A stretch of 64,000 bases of DNA from contig CM082579.2 in NCBI GenBank assembly GCA_040954595.2, forward strand, positions 13,579,834-13,643,833, given 5' to 3'. This DNA is from Balanoglossus misakiensis. Lineage: Eukaryota; Animalia; Hemichordata. The notes under the pieces are model-generated. The model worked only from the letters and a program-made list of their open reading frames with translations, was not told the origin of the DNA and did no database searches. Made by a program: the position numbers and the translations under genes. This document shows positions 25,659 to 37,583 of this stretch, in pieces (positions within the stretch are counted from its first letter, which is position 1; each line of letters starts with the position of its first letter).

Positions 25659-26431
25659 TTACGAACTTGACTTTCTTTTTTTCGTTGTACGGAGGCTTTG
25701 CTTGACTTTATAGTCCGCTGGGCACAAGTCTGGTTTGACAAAAATGTCCGTACCTCTGAAAGCCGTACGCCAGTTTCTCAGTAGTTCACTCCGCTGTACT
25801 CGAAGAGGGAGTTTAACGATGATATGCCTCGGTTTGCCAGATTTACTGCGAGTGTCTTTCACACTTGGACTGCGTTGGGCATTGTCAATCAAAATGTCCG
25901 CCATCTTGAACTTTTCTGCAGCGAGTCTCTTTATGGTTTCAATGCAATTTCATCATCTTTTTAGGGTATGCCTCCAATACGGAGATTGTAGTTTCGGGAG
26001 TATCTTTCAAGCCTTGTCACCGAACTCTCAACTTGTTCATTTCTTTTGGTAAACTCCTCTAATTTTGTTTGAAGTTTCTGAAAATCTGCCTTCAACTCCA
26101 CGTTCTCTCCCTTCAGCGTATCTATGTCGTCATCTGCATACTGCATGGCCTTTTCAAGTTCAGTGTATTTCGTTTCAACAAGTTTCATTCTTTCAGATAG
26201 CTTTCGTTGTTCAGTTATAATCGTTGAAACCCGGTCAGATATCGAGCCCACTTTCTCCTCTAAGTTCTGCAGACATTCCTTCATTAAGGCTTTCAGCGAG
26301 TCACGAGAGAAGCCACTCTCACCTTCTCGCACGCACGGTTCTGATGTACCGCCGCCATCTTTGAAGTACGCTGCGATGTCTTGGTTGTCCGTACCGACTT
26401 TTTTGCTCTTATTTCGGGTTGCGTTTGCCAT
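25659..26431 (-). pseudogene. ORF1: ORF1 of L1 #2 (frameshifted)
   Basis: Coiled coil and RLERYSRNYNLRIGGIP (25961-26431); KPRHIIVKL...IFVKPDL (25659-25904). Confidence 0.88.
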
Positions 26432-27744
26432 ATCGCTTCCAGGTCCGCTACAAGCGTTCTAGGTAACTTTAAATCAGTAACAGTAACGTCAAATGTTAAA
26501 CCTGGTGGACTATTACCATGAAATTTCGACCTGCTTTTAGTGACGGTGTGACCACACTGTTCACTCCAGCGCCATGACCTATGACCCCTGTAACATAACA
26601 GACATAGTAGTCAAAGTCCAGTATGTGTTTAAAATGATACCCTGGTCACACACAGTGACAAATATCAGCCTTTGACTATTGTGTCAAATTATCTAATTTG
26701 TGCATTGTTAATAACCCACTGTGAAGTTTAGTCCAGGTAATTCTTTTTCAGTGTGGAAACATACTATACTTTGAATACATGTTGCATATGGAGTGTTGAA
26801 GGTTATAGTTGGATGCAGTTTTCCAAGCAATTAGGAAATTTTTATATATCGCTTTATACTATTTCATTGGTTGATAAACATCATGATTCTTCACGTCACG
26901 ATGAAAACTGAAAAATAAAAATGTTGCTTTATATGCACCAAAAACTATTTTTTTCACCATTGCTATGAAAAATAAAGCACAAAAAACGTAACACTTTACA
27001 TCTTACAGTAAAGGGCATTGCCTGTCGATGTGATACACTTTATCATATAACTTCAAAACTGGTAGCTAGGGCAGTGTTTGCACAGAGGAGTCCCTTAAAT
27101 GCCTTCGCTCATTCACACCTCTTCAGTGATGATGCCTGGATTATATTGACATGAAGCTGTTTGTTCAGCAGTGTTTCAACTGCCAGCCACCTGAGTTCAT
27201 TTTAACACCCAAACACTGAAAATATTGTAGCAATCAATAATATAACCTACACGCGGGGTAAAAGTCATCGTGTTTTAAAGTTATGTTGATGCCTGATGTG
27301 CATTGTGACTCACGGGGCATGCAAGGGTAAAGCTTGTCCAAAGTTGACAAAGCAAAATACCAGACTAAGTGCCTGTTTTAAAATGTACCTCTTTCCAAGG
27401 ACCTTGGTGACGAGGCATAAATTTGGGAACGTTCACGGGACCCATTTTTTCACTGGACCCGCACATGTAATTATATAACCATGAAATTGAACTGTTCCCG
27501 GGAGCTACCGAGTGTTGCCTTGTTTCACCCGCAGGTTACTAGCTAGGGTTTTTACACTGCCGGCAGTAGTTCCAAAAACTAGCTACACTGCGTAGTGATT
27601 GGTTGACTATATATGAATATGCATGAGGTCTGGTTTATAAGGTTCTACCCAGATGTAGTGCCCATGCCTTCTCACGGCGGAGCGTGACAGAGAGCATATT
27701 CCGTGTACCTCGCTCGTCATCAAGTTTTCTAGGTGGAATTCAGA

Positions 27745-27852
27745 ATGGCAACTACAACCACAAAAGCAACAGTTGTAACAGCACTGCAAACACCAGTTCT
27801 CAATACTTTGGCTGTGAGTAGAATGTCTACAACCAGGACTGCGACTGCCAAT
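27745..27852 (+). pseudogene. Exon 1 (5' part) of spliced Thr-rich/CCHC gene, broken by LINE insertion
   Basis: MATTTTKATVVTALQTPVLNTLAVSRMSTTRTATAN; resumes in frame at 39169 after the LINE (AAT duplicated at 27850-27852 and 39166-39168). Confidence 0.62.
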
Positions 27853-28053
27853 ACCACGAGCAGAATGGGTTTCGAAGTGACAGATCATGTGAAGATCACA
27901 TTTTCACGCTCACTTCCATTATCAGAAATAGGCTTTCAAATGGTCTTTCTACTTTTGCTACTTTTATTGATTTAAAAAAAGCCTTTGATTATGTGGATAG
28001 ATCTGCGCTTCTGTATAAACTATTACTCCATGGTATTGATGGCAAAATGTATA

Positions 28054-29319
28054 TGTCACCCACTCCCACGCGAGTGGGGGGTCCAAACACAGGGAGCGGG
28101 TCAGAAACTCCTATCTATTCCAAAGGGCGTGAATCCGTAGGCACAGCGTTGAATTCCTCTGCATGAGCCTACCACCGAGTCGTATCTCCAAAGCAACACG
28201 TGACACACCAGGATATTATAATATAATGAAATAACTTTAATGTAGAAAAACAAAAGTAGTCCACGTACACTGGACTCCAGGGGGCGCCGTGCACCAAAAT
28301 ACCCCTGTACTATCCCCCAGAAAAGATGAACAGATCTGTTTCTGTGACGTCTTCTATAACACTATCTTAGCAAACTACATCGATGTAAACTCTATTAGAC
28401 TCTATGCAAATAACCCCATGATGAATATTTGAGTAAAGAGTTGTCCAAATATCATCCAATGTTTCAAGTCTCTGTTTCCCAACCCCTGTTGTACTTGCCC
28501 AAAGTGATGAACGCTCGTCGCTCGCGGTGGAAAACGTTGCCTCGACGTTCCGCGTCTGTATGTAGCGATGACGTCAGCACTCCAGAAAATTCCACAGCAA
28601 CTCCACTGTCTCCAGCACACTTGCTGTCCACTTGACCTCCGTGCGACTCCCAGAGTCCTCCAGCACACTTGCTGTCCAGCTGACCTCCGTGCGACTCCTA
28701 GTCTCGGTTACCCAGACGCCCCTGCTTCCTCTGACGCTCTCCAAAAGAGGGTCCGGGGAAACGCCACGAGGCTATGCGACTCCCAGAGTCAGAACGAGTC
28801 TATGCGACTCCCAGAGTCCGGAAAACCACTGCGACCCACAGGAATGTCTATTCTTCCTGTCACCGCACTGTTGGGTGTCTCCCACGCACGATTGAGAAGT
28901 GTTGACCTTTCAGTCAGTCGACATCCGCAACTTTCGGACCGTTTTCGATGACTTCAACAACTCCATCAACTGGTGCGTCCGCCATAAACGAATCTCTCCC
29001 CTCGTGTCCTGTCAAAACCCACGCCCCCAAAAAAGTAGTAAACAACCCCCTAGCTCGCTAATAACTCAATACGTCACATGACATCTTTCCAGTAAAATTA
29101 CCTCAAATAACACTTTATGCATCACGTCTATCGCTAGATACGTTTTCTTTCACACAAATATGAATTTGTAAACACATGAAACATATGAAGGTTACCAAAA
29201 ACACATCACAGATCGAACATTTCCATCAATACTCCCTAGCAACCATAATATACTCTCCAACATCTCATAAGGGCGCCAGACTGGCATTCCAAACACTACA
29301 AAATTTGGATCTGGCCACA
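28054..29319 (-). repeat. 3' LTR of Gypsy #2
   Basis: TG...CA ends; direct repeat of 36318-37583; internal short tandem duplications at 28610-28820. Confidence 0.97.
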
Positions 29320-29920
29320 TCCTCCCCCCCTCTAAGAAAGGTTGTCCCAACCGACAAATATAATTTTCCCATGAAAAATTCCCATACAAAATCCTATACT
29401 CAATAAAGAATACAAATCTGAAAAGTTTGTCATGCTTTCAGCCTCAACCTTGTGCTTCACCTTCACTATGAGTGTTTTACCACTTCAGCTCCAGCTCACA
29501 CAGACCATGTGCTTCAGCAGACTCCCTTTTCTGTTCCTACACCAATCGAAGCAGGCTCTACATGCTATACATATCGGTGCAATCCTTCGACCATCCCTGA
29601 CTACAATAGGTTGTACTTAAACTACAGTACACAGCAATATGATGAGGAAAGACATTTCACTTGGGAGATTTTAAATCTCTCCTCAACCCAATAAATTGGA
29701 TGAGGGCTCTCCATACATCACAAGCTCTCATTCCAACACACACGCTGCTAATTCCAATGACAATGCGCCACGCATCAAACACCATGTAAACTTACCCATG
29801 TAAACAAGACCAAATATTTTATCCCATGTCTAAGCTAATAAGGGGTCTCATGACTTACCTTCCAACATTCACAAATGTGGTATGGTTCATGTCTCCTCCA
29901 AATTCAGCTTACGAAAATTA

Positions 29921-32900
29921 CTAATTCTTGACTACTATCACTTCCTGCAGTTCACAGCCATCCAACCTCAAGTCAGGTTGTCTCTGATTCAATTTCATAC
30001 CTACCTTGGTATCACTGCAGTTCATTCCCGGTCGAACATCTTCCAACTGTGCACAGACCATCTGCAAAGTTTTCCGAAGTTCATCCACCACGGACAGCAC
30101 AAGTCCTACATCCTGAAACTGAAAATTGTCCCTCTGCATACAAACCTGTGAGAGATTCAATTTATCCGGTGCTCTCCGTATGCGTGTAGATCTCCTAGGC
30201 AACACTGGTGACATAGCAGTATCTACCTCCTCTGACTCGTCCATCTCAGGTTCGTCCCTGATATCCTCTTCTTCAGGTTCACCAACATCTGGATCATCAT
30301 CATCATCCACCACGTTTTCCAATACACCATCTTCCCTCTGAACTGGCTCACTCACTGTAGAATCCATTTCTTCTATCTGTGTAGACCATTCAGAATCATT
30401 CCTCGCTTCCGTCTGTCCAGTGTCCTTCACATCAAATATTTCTTCTGGATCAATCCTTCCTGATTTCTCTTTCTTCGAACTCTCCCCAGCAATACTTCGT
30501 CCTGACCTCTGAGGTTTCCAAACAAAATCTATCGGATCCTGCTCCTCCTCAGATTCTTCGTCAGTGACATCAACATCTTTCGTCCTCCGAGTTCGCACAC
30601 CAATTTTCTCCTTCGGTACCTTATTCCTCTCCGACATCCGCATAGGTCTATCAGGATATGGCATAGGCAACGTATAACAAGGCAACAACAGGTTCCTATG
30701 AAGAACACGGTTCCTTCCAATTCCTGTCTCCGATTCGACCTCATACACAGGCACATCTGGGTTAACCTTTCTCACAACACGATACGGGCACTTCTCCCAG
30801 CGATCAGCAATTTTATGCTTTCCTCTCAGATTCACATTCCTAACCAGCACTCTGTCTCCAGGTTCCAAAATCGATTCTCTAGCTTTCAAGTCGTAGCGAC
30901 GTTTGCTATCCAATGCACTCTTGCTAGCCTCCTTCGATGCCAATTCATACGCTGTCTTCAATCGCTGACGTAGATCACTGGCATAATCATCCGGTGTACT
31001 TCCCGTGGAATCTTCAGGCTGAATCCCCAGATACACATCTACAGGCAATTTCGGGTGTCGACCGTACATGAGAAAATATGGCAAATACCCCGTGCTATCG
31101 TTCCTAGTGCAGTTGTAGGCATGAACTACTGGTGCTACATAGGTTTTCCAATCACATTTCTTCTCTTCTGGCAACGTTCCAAGCATATCAATGAGAGTTT
31201 TGTTAAAACGTTCACATTGCCCATTGCCCTGGGGGTGGTAAGGTGTCGTTCGTGTCTTCTCCACTCCAGTAATCTGACATAGTCGCTTTATCACACTAGA
31301 CTCAAAATTCCGTCCCTGGTCTGAGTGTATACGACTCGGGAAACCATAATGTACCATGAAATCTTTCCAAAGGTGATCAGCAGTCGTTGTGGCCTTCTGA
31401 TCCTTTGTGGGAATAGCAACCGCATACCGGGTAAAGTGATCTGTGATTACCAATATGTCCCGATATCCTCCCTTTGATGGTTCCAGCTGCAGATAATCCA
31501 TACACACTAACTCCAATGGCTGTGATGTACGGATACTCACCAATGGTACTTTTCCTCTTCCTTCCGCAGTCATCTTCCGGCGCGTACATCTCTCACACGT
31601 GCGGATCTTGGTCTGTACATCTCTGCTCATTTGCGGCCAATAAAATCTTGAACGGAGCAGATCAAGGGTTCTCTCCTGGCCCAAATGTCCAACTTCATCG
31701 TGCACACCTTCCAATGCAGTACCTCTGTATCTCGCAGGGAGCACCAACTGGAATTGTGGGATACCATTCACATCGACTCTCTTCCTGTGTAGAACTCCAT
31801 ATCTGAAACATAGTCTTTTCCATTCACGCAATCCTTGCTGTACCAGTTTCGTTTCTCCTTTCCTCTCCTCGTCTGATGGGTATCTGTCTCTTTCCTTGTA
31901 GAAATACAGTCTCCCAACCACCGAGTCCTCTAGCTGCAATCTCCTCCATTCTTCCATGCTAACAGACGGCAGTGACCTCTGCTCTGGCCATACAGGAGGT
32001 GTGTCCAATGCCATGGGAACTGCATCCTCAGTACCTCCTATCGCCTCCACACATGGTGCCTGTTCCACCAAGTATGACTGGCATATCGCCTGAACTCCAT
32101 CCAGTGACAATGATCGAGCGCTGTCTCTCTCATCACACTGTATCCACTCCATGCCGTGCTGTCCTTCCTCACTGTTCATAGTCGAAGTCACCTGTGGCCG
32201 ACGAGATAAACCATCTGCGTCACCATTCTGTCTTCCGGGCCTGTACTGTAACCTAAAGTTATACGCAGACAATGCAGCCAACCAACGATGCCCTGTTGCA
32301 TCTAACCGTGCTGTAGTTGTCACATAGGTCAATGGGTTGTTATCGGTCATCACAACGAACTCATTACCATACAAATATTCATGAAATTTCTCCGTCACGG
32401 CCCATTTTAGAGCAAGGAACTCTAATTTATGTGCCGGATAATTCCGCTCACTGACTGACAAACCACGACTGGCATAAGCGATCACACGCTTGTCCTTACC
32501 TTCACCCTGATACAATGCCGCTCCTAAGCCCAACGAACTCGCATCCGTATGTAGCTCGAAAGGTTTGGCATAGTCCGCATACGCTAACACTGGCGCTGTC
32601 GTCAGCCTCTCGATCACTGCGTCGAAAGCAAACTGACATTCCTGTGTCCACACAAACTCAGTCAGTCGATCCACCGACTTCCGTGTTTTTCCTTTGGCAC
32701 GACGACTGACAAACCCCACAGTGAGAGCATTGAGGGGCCTCACTATCCTGGAAAAACCTTCTACAAACCTCCTGTAGTAACTGGCAAAGCCCAAGAATGA
32801 CTTGACATCTCGTGCATTCTTTGGCACAGGCCAACTCTTCAAAGCCTCAATCTTTGAAGGATCCGTACGCACACCATCCGCTGAAACAACATGACCCAAA

Positions 32901-35900
32901 TACTGCACTTCAGTACGCAAGAACTGACACTTTGATGGTTTAACCTTTAAACCACACACCTGCAACCGATCAAACACTCGTTCCAGACGAATCAGGTGTT
33001 CCTCGACAGTGGATGAAAACACAATAATATCATCCAGATATACTAGGCACACATTGACATTCAAATCACCAAGGCAACGCTCCATTGTTCTCTGAAAGGT
33101 TCCTGGGCTACCAGTCAATCCCATCGGCATTTTCAGACATTCAAACAAACCTACTGGCGTTACAAATGCCGTCTTCTCAATATCTCTGTCCTCCATTCCA
33201 ATCTGCCAGTAACCGCTTTTGAGATCGATCGAACTGAAGAATCGGGCTCCATTCAATGCGTCGAGACTCTCCTCAATCCGGGGAATGGCGTATGAATCCC
33301 TGATTGTACGGTTATTCAGTTTCCTGTAATCAATACATAGCCGGATGCTCTTGTCTTTCTTTTCCACTAACACAATCGGAGCAGCCCACGGGCTATGGGA
33401 CTCACGAATCACGCCACTCTCCATCATACCACGTAAAATCTGTCGAAGTTCTTCATACTTCGCTGGGGGTACTCGACGATATCGTTCCTTGATGGGTGTA
33501 TCATCCGTCAGTCTGATCCTATGTTTCTCCAAATCACAGAAGCCAAGGTCATTTTCATGTTTCGAAAACACATCTGTCTTCCGATCAAGCAAATCTTTCA
33601 GCTGTTGAAGTTGCTGTTCATCCACGGGAGATTCCGACAGATCAAACTCTACTCCATGACTAGTGAAACTCTTTGCTGTTCGTTCTCCATCGTTGCTGTG
33701 TCCTGTCATCTTCGTCTTCACCTGAGACATAATCTGGTGATCCTTGGGATGTCCAACCCATGTGAGTGCATGAACTTTTCCTATAACTTCTCCTGGTCTG
33801 ATTACCAGTGGTTTCATCGTCTTGTTCTGTATTACTACTGAGACTTTCGATTTCTTCTGCAAACAAGTCATCACGGCAGTCGCTGGACTCGTCGTTATTC
33901 TTCCTGAAGACTTCGGGCTAGGCTCCACCAATACTATGTATTCATCACCAATTGGTCCACGTTTTGCTCTTCCCCATACAGTCATGGCATGTTCCGGTTC
34001 GATCGTGACTGGATGTTTCAGCATACCACGGACATCACCAATACATCCTGTTTTTCCTACGAACTGTTCTCGAGCTTCCAGACGTTTGCAGACTGATTTC
34101 CCAACAGGAGACATTCTCATGTATCGAGCTTGTTTCATCTTTCGCGCTATGCCTGATTTCCATGGGTAATATCCTAGTAAATTCGTTCCAGCTGTCACCG
34201 GTACTTCCAAATTGTAGTCGCTATCTCTCACTATCAATGCTGGGATGATGTATTCCTCCTCAATACCAAATACTGCTTCGCGAAAGGACATCGTCACTTC
34301 CACAACTCCCAAGAATGGTACATTCTGTCCACCAGCACCAGTTATCGTCAATTCTTCGGTCTCTTCTGTCTGTTGAATCGGCAAATGCGACAAGTACTGC
34401 TGATAGTAACTCTCTCCAATGGTCGTCACCTGTGAGCCTGTATCTATCAAGCAACGGCATTTCTTACCTTCTACCATGACAAAGTCTTCATTGGGTGCGC
34501 CAACTATCCGTCCAACTGTTCTGGTTTGCATCAATATGGACTTCTTGTCACCATGAGGAAATTTTCTGCTCTGCTCTGATGTCACACGCGATTCTGTTTG
34601 CGAGGAAACAACCGACTGCGATACAACAGGCTTATGGGGACACTTCCGAGCTATATGACCTTCTTGATCGCAGACGTAACACTTCACGGGGCTTCGCTTG
34701 GGTAAAGGACAATCTTTTGCCTTGTGACCAGCTGCTTTACAGTTGTAACACTGCATCGGTTTTCTCCCTGGACTCGAAGTCGTCTGTGGACAAGAGGCTT
34801 CACTGCTTTCGACTACCATTCCGGGTGTACTGTCGTATGTCTTGTCCGTCTTCATCTTTGTAATCTCTTCTTTCATCTGTCTGACTTCTTTGTGAAGTGA
34901 CTGATTTTCTGTCTGCATACTCTGTAATTTCTTCAGAACTTCGCCAATACCACTGTCAGATTCTGGACTCATCACTGTAGTCTGGTGGGTATGTCCGGCT
35001 GGAACACGTCTGGTCTTTGGCTTCTCATGGAATTCTTTCAATTCTTGCTCTATACCACGTGCTGTACGAACCAATTCATCAAAAGTAATCAGTTGATCTC
35101 GCTTGTGGTAAATCATACTCTTCAAATTTCCATCGGCTAGTTTTCTCCAGAAAACTGTGCGAAGTGTTTCATCCACTAGCTCCTCACGAATTCCTCCACG
35201 TAGTTTCACTTTGTTAATGGCCAACTGCAAGCGAGAACTGTATGCTGCAATAGTTTCACCATCTTTCTGATCGCTGTCACGATAGAAACTTTCAAGTAAC
35301 ATTGCTCCGGTTTCAACTTCGCCATAAATGATTTCTAATTTTTCAAGAATGGTATCCAAACTGGCATTGACTCCAAGATGCATGACTGTTAAACCTGCGT
35401 CTCCCTTTAATGAAGCACGTACCGCCTGAACCAACACTTCAGGGGAATAAATGTTGTCAATACGTAAACATTCAACCTCATATTTCCAAAGGTCAAATGC
35501 CACATCACCCTTGCGAGATTCATCGCCAGAAAATGTTGACAAACGCGGCCGCTGTAAAAATCCTGCAGGTACACGCATCTGTCTGTTTCCATCCTCATAT
35601 GACAATCTCATAGTAGGGGTACTCGTCATTGGGGATTGACCTGCATTACTCGAAGGGGTAAACTCAGTTCCAAATGGTAGGTATGGTTTTCTAAGCTCAT
35701 CTGCTCTAGAACTTACCTTTTTATCCATCTTTGGGGCAGCTTTCCCATCACTCACCTGTTCAACTTTCACTTTCGGTTCCACTTCTCTCTCTTTCATGGC
35801 CCACCTGCCTCTCCCTCTACCTGTTCTGGCTCTAGCTCCACTACCTCTTCCCAGTGGTAAGGGATGATCACCTTCCTGAAATTCAGACTCCATAACAGTG

Positions 35901-35953
35901 TTAGGGGTATCAAATTCCTGTTTTGTGGGTGGTGTTTCCATTGCATTCAACAC
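29921..35953 (-). CDS. gag-pol: Gag-Pol polyprotein (PNMA-like capsid, 2 CCHC, protease, RT, RNase H, integrase)
   Basis: Single 2010-aa ORF: FSGD...FDLW, CYNC...GH...C x2, LIDTGS, YLDD, TDAS, H-H-C-C and D-D-E integrase, acidic tail. Confidence 0.97.
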   Translation of the reverse strand: MLNAMETPPTKQEFDTPNTVMESEFQEGDHPLPLGRGSGARARTGRGRGRWAMKEREVEPKVKVEQVSDGKAAPKMDKKVSSRADELRKPYLPFGTEFTPSSNAGQSPMTSTPTMRLSYEDGNRQMRVPAGFLQRPRLSTFSGDESRKGDVAFDLWKYEVECLRIDNIYSPEVLVQAVRASLKGDAGLTVMHLGVNASLDTILEKLEIIYGEVETGAMLLESFYRDSDQKDGETIAAYSSRLQLAINKVKLRGGIREELVDETLRTVFWRKLADGNLKSMIYHKRDQLITFDELVRTARGIEQELKEFHEKPKTRRVPAGHTHQTTVMSPESDSGIGEVLKKLQSMQTENQSLHKEVRQMKEEITKMKTDKTYDSTPGMVVESSEASCPQTTSSPGRKPMQCYNCKAAGHKAKDCPLPKRSPVKCYVCDQEGHIARKCPHKPVVSQSVVSSQTESRVTSEQSRKFPHGDKKSILMQTRTVGRIVGAPNEDFVMVEGKKCRCLIDTGSQVTTIGESYYQQYLSHLPIQQTEETEELTITGAGGQNVPFLGVVEVTMSFREAVFGIEEEYIIPALIVRDSDYNLEVPVTAGTNLLGYYPWKSGIARKMKQARYMRMSPVGKSVCKRLEAREQFVGKTGCIGDVRGMLKHPVTIEPEHAMTVWGRAKRGPIGDEYIVLVEPSPKSSGRITTSPATAVMTCLQKKSKVSVVIQNKTMKPLVIRPGEVIGKVHALTWVGHPKDHQIMSQVKTKMTGHSNDGERTAKSFTSHGVEFDLSESPVDEQQLQQLKDLLDRKTDVFSKHENDLGFCDLEKHRIRLTDDTPIKERYRRVPPAKYEELRQILRGMMESGVIRESHSPWAAPIVLVEKKDKSIRLCIDYRKLNNRTIRDSYAIPRIEESLDALNGARFFSSIDLKSGYWQIGMEDRDIEKTAFVTPVGLFECLKMPMGLTGSPGTFQRTMERCLGDLNVNVCLVYLDDIIVFSSTVEEHLIRLERVFDRLQVCGLKVKPSKCQFLRTEVQYLGHVVSADGVRTDPSKIEALKSWPVPKNARDVKSFLGFASYYRRFVEGFSRIVRPLNALTVGFVSRRAKGKTRKSVDRLTEFVWTQECQFAFDAVIERLTTAPVLAYADYAKPFELHTDASSLGLGAALYQGEGKDKRVIAYASRGLSVSERNYPAHKLEFLALKWAVTEKFHEYLYGNEFVVMTDNNPLTYVTTTARLDATGHRWLAALSAYNFRLQYRPGRQNGDADGLSRRPQVTSTMNSEEGQHGMEWIQCDERDSARSLSLDGVQAICQSYLVEQAPCVEAIGGTEDAVPMALDTPPVWPEQRSLPSVSMEEWRRLQLEDSVVGRLYFYKERDRYPSDEERKGETKLVQQGLREWKRLCFRYGVLHRKRVDVNGIPQFQLVLPARYRGTALEGVHDEVGHLGQERTLDLLRSRFYWPQMSRDVQTKIRTCERCTRRKMTAEGRGKVPLVSIRTSQPLELVCMDYLQLEPSKGGYRDILVITDHFTRYAVAIPTKDQKATTTADHLWKDFMVHYGFPSRIHSDQGRNFESSVIKRLCQITGVEKTRTTPYHPQGNGQCERFNKTLIDMLGTLPEEKKCDWKTYVAPVVHAYNCTRNDSTGYLPYFLMYGRHPKLPVDVYLGIQPEDSTGSTPDDYASDLRQRLKTAYELASKEASKSALDSKRRYDLKARESILEPGDRVLVRNVNLRGKHKIADRWEKCPYRVVRKVNPDVPVYEVESETGIGRNRVLHRNLLLPCYTLPMPYPDRPMRMSERNKVPKEKIGVRTRRTKDVDVTDEESEEEQDPIDFVWKPQRSGRSIAGESSKKEKSGRIDPEEIFDVKDTGQTEARNDSEWSTQIEEMDSTVSEPVQREDGVLENVVDDDDDPDVGEPEEEDIRDEPEMDESEEVDTAMSPVLPRRSTRIRRAPDKLNLSQVCMQRDNFQFQDVGLVLSVVDELRKTLQMVCAQLEDVRPGMNCSDTKVGMKLNQRQPDLRLDGCELQEVIVVKN

Positions 35954-36317
35954 ACTGGCGCAATGTTACAGTAACCAGCCTGTACTATCAACACTATTAC
36001 ACAGTACTATCACACCACACAGCCCTGGGACAATTTAGTCAAAAGGCAATGGGAACCCAAAATAAATATCCGAAATGACCACAATGATATTTAACTATGT
36101 GTAAATTCAGAGATGATCACTGCAATGCACCTATAACGTACTACACAATAGAGCTGCCTCGTTCAATAACTATCCTATAAAATGCTATAATATCCTATAT
36201 CCCGCAAGTGTCACAAAAATTACTTCAAAGACGACTCAGTAGCAAACATCCATGCATTTCAACACATGAACAAATGTTTGTACTGTACACAAAGCCTTAA
36301 CGTTTGGGCGCCATTTC

Positions 36318-37583
36318 TGTCACCCACTCCCACGCGAGTGGGGGGTCCAAACACAGGGAGCGGGTCAGAAACTCCTATCTATTCCAAAGGGCGTGAATCC
36401 GTAGGCACAGCGTTGAATTCCTCTGCATGAGCCTACCACCGAGTCGTATCTCCAAAGCAACACGTGACACACCAGGATATTATAATATAATGAAATAACT
36501 TTAATGTAGAAAAACAAAAGTAGTCCACGTACACTGGACTCCAGGGGGCGCCGTGCACCAAAATACCCCTGTACTATCCCCCAGAAAAGATGAACAGATC
36601 TGTTTCTGTGACGTCTTCTATAACACTATCTTAGCAAACTACATCGATGTAAACTCTATTAGACTCTATGCAAATAACCCCATGATGAATATTTGAGTAA
36701 AGAGTTGTCCAAATATCATCCAATGTTTCAAGTCTCTGTTTCCCAACCCCTGTTGTACTTGCCCAAAGTGATGAACGCTCGTCGCTCGCGGTGGAAAACG
36801 TTGCCTCGACGTTCCGCGTCTGTATGTAGCGATGACGTCAGCACTCCAGAAAATTCCACAGCAACTCCACTGTCTCCAGCACACTTGCTGTCCACTTGAC
36901 CTCCGTGCGACTCCCAGAGTCCTCCAGCACACTTGCTGTCCAGCTGACCTCCGTGCGACTCCTAGTCTCGGTTACCCAGACGCCCCTGCTTCCTCTGACG
37001 CTCTCCAAAAGAGGGTCCGGGGAAACGCCACGAGGCTATGCGACTCCCAGAGTCAGAACGAGTCTATGCGACTCCCAGAGTCCGGAAAACCACTGCGACC
37101 CACAGGAATGTCTATTCTTCCTGTCACCGCACTGTTGGGTGTCTCCCACGCACGATTGAGAAGTGTTGACCTTTCAGTCAGTCGACATCCGCAACTTTCG
37201 GACCGTTTTCGATGACTTCAACAACTCCATCAACTGGTGCGTCCGCCATAAACGAATCTCTCCCCTCGTGTCCTGTCAAAACCCACGCCCCCAAAAAAGT
37301 AGTAAACAACCCCCTAGCTCGCTAATAACTCAATACGTCACATGACATCTTTCCAGTAAAATTACCTCAAATAACACTTTATGCATCACGTCTATCGCTA
37401 GATACGTTTTCTTTCACACAAATATGAATTTGTAAACACATGAAACATATGAAGGTTACCAAAAACACATCACAGATCGAACATTTCCATCAATACTCCC
37501 TAGCAACCATAATATACTCTCCAACATCTCATGAGGGCGCCAGACTGGCATTCCAAACACTACAAAATTTGGATCTGGCCACA
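36318..37583 (-). repeat. 5' LTR of Gypsy #2
   Basis: Near-identical to 28054-29319; PBS adjacent. Confidence 0.97.

Larger units (their letters stand above)
21279..26593 (-). mobile_element. Full-length decayed L1/Tx1 LINE #2
   Basis: Poly(T) at 21279; 12-bp TSD cataacagacat at 21267-21278 and 26594-26605; fragmented ORF1 and ORF2. Confidence 0.93.
28054..37583 (-). mobile_element. Intact young Gypsy LTR retrotransposon #2
   Basis: 1266-bp LTRs 28054-29319 and 36318-37583 (one difference noticed); TSD tata at 28050-28053 and 37584-37587; PBS tggcgccc (tRNA-Lys-like) near 36313; PPT next to 29319. Confidence 0.97.

Noticed and set aside
28402-29406. Duplicated small ORFs (also at 36666-37345)
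   Set aside because: They lie within the two LTR copies and have no recognisable domains.
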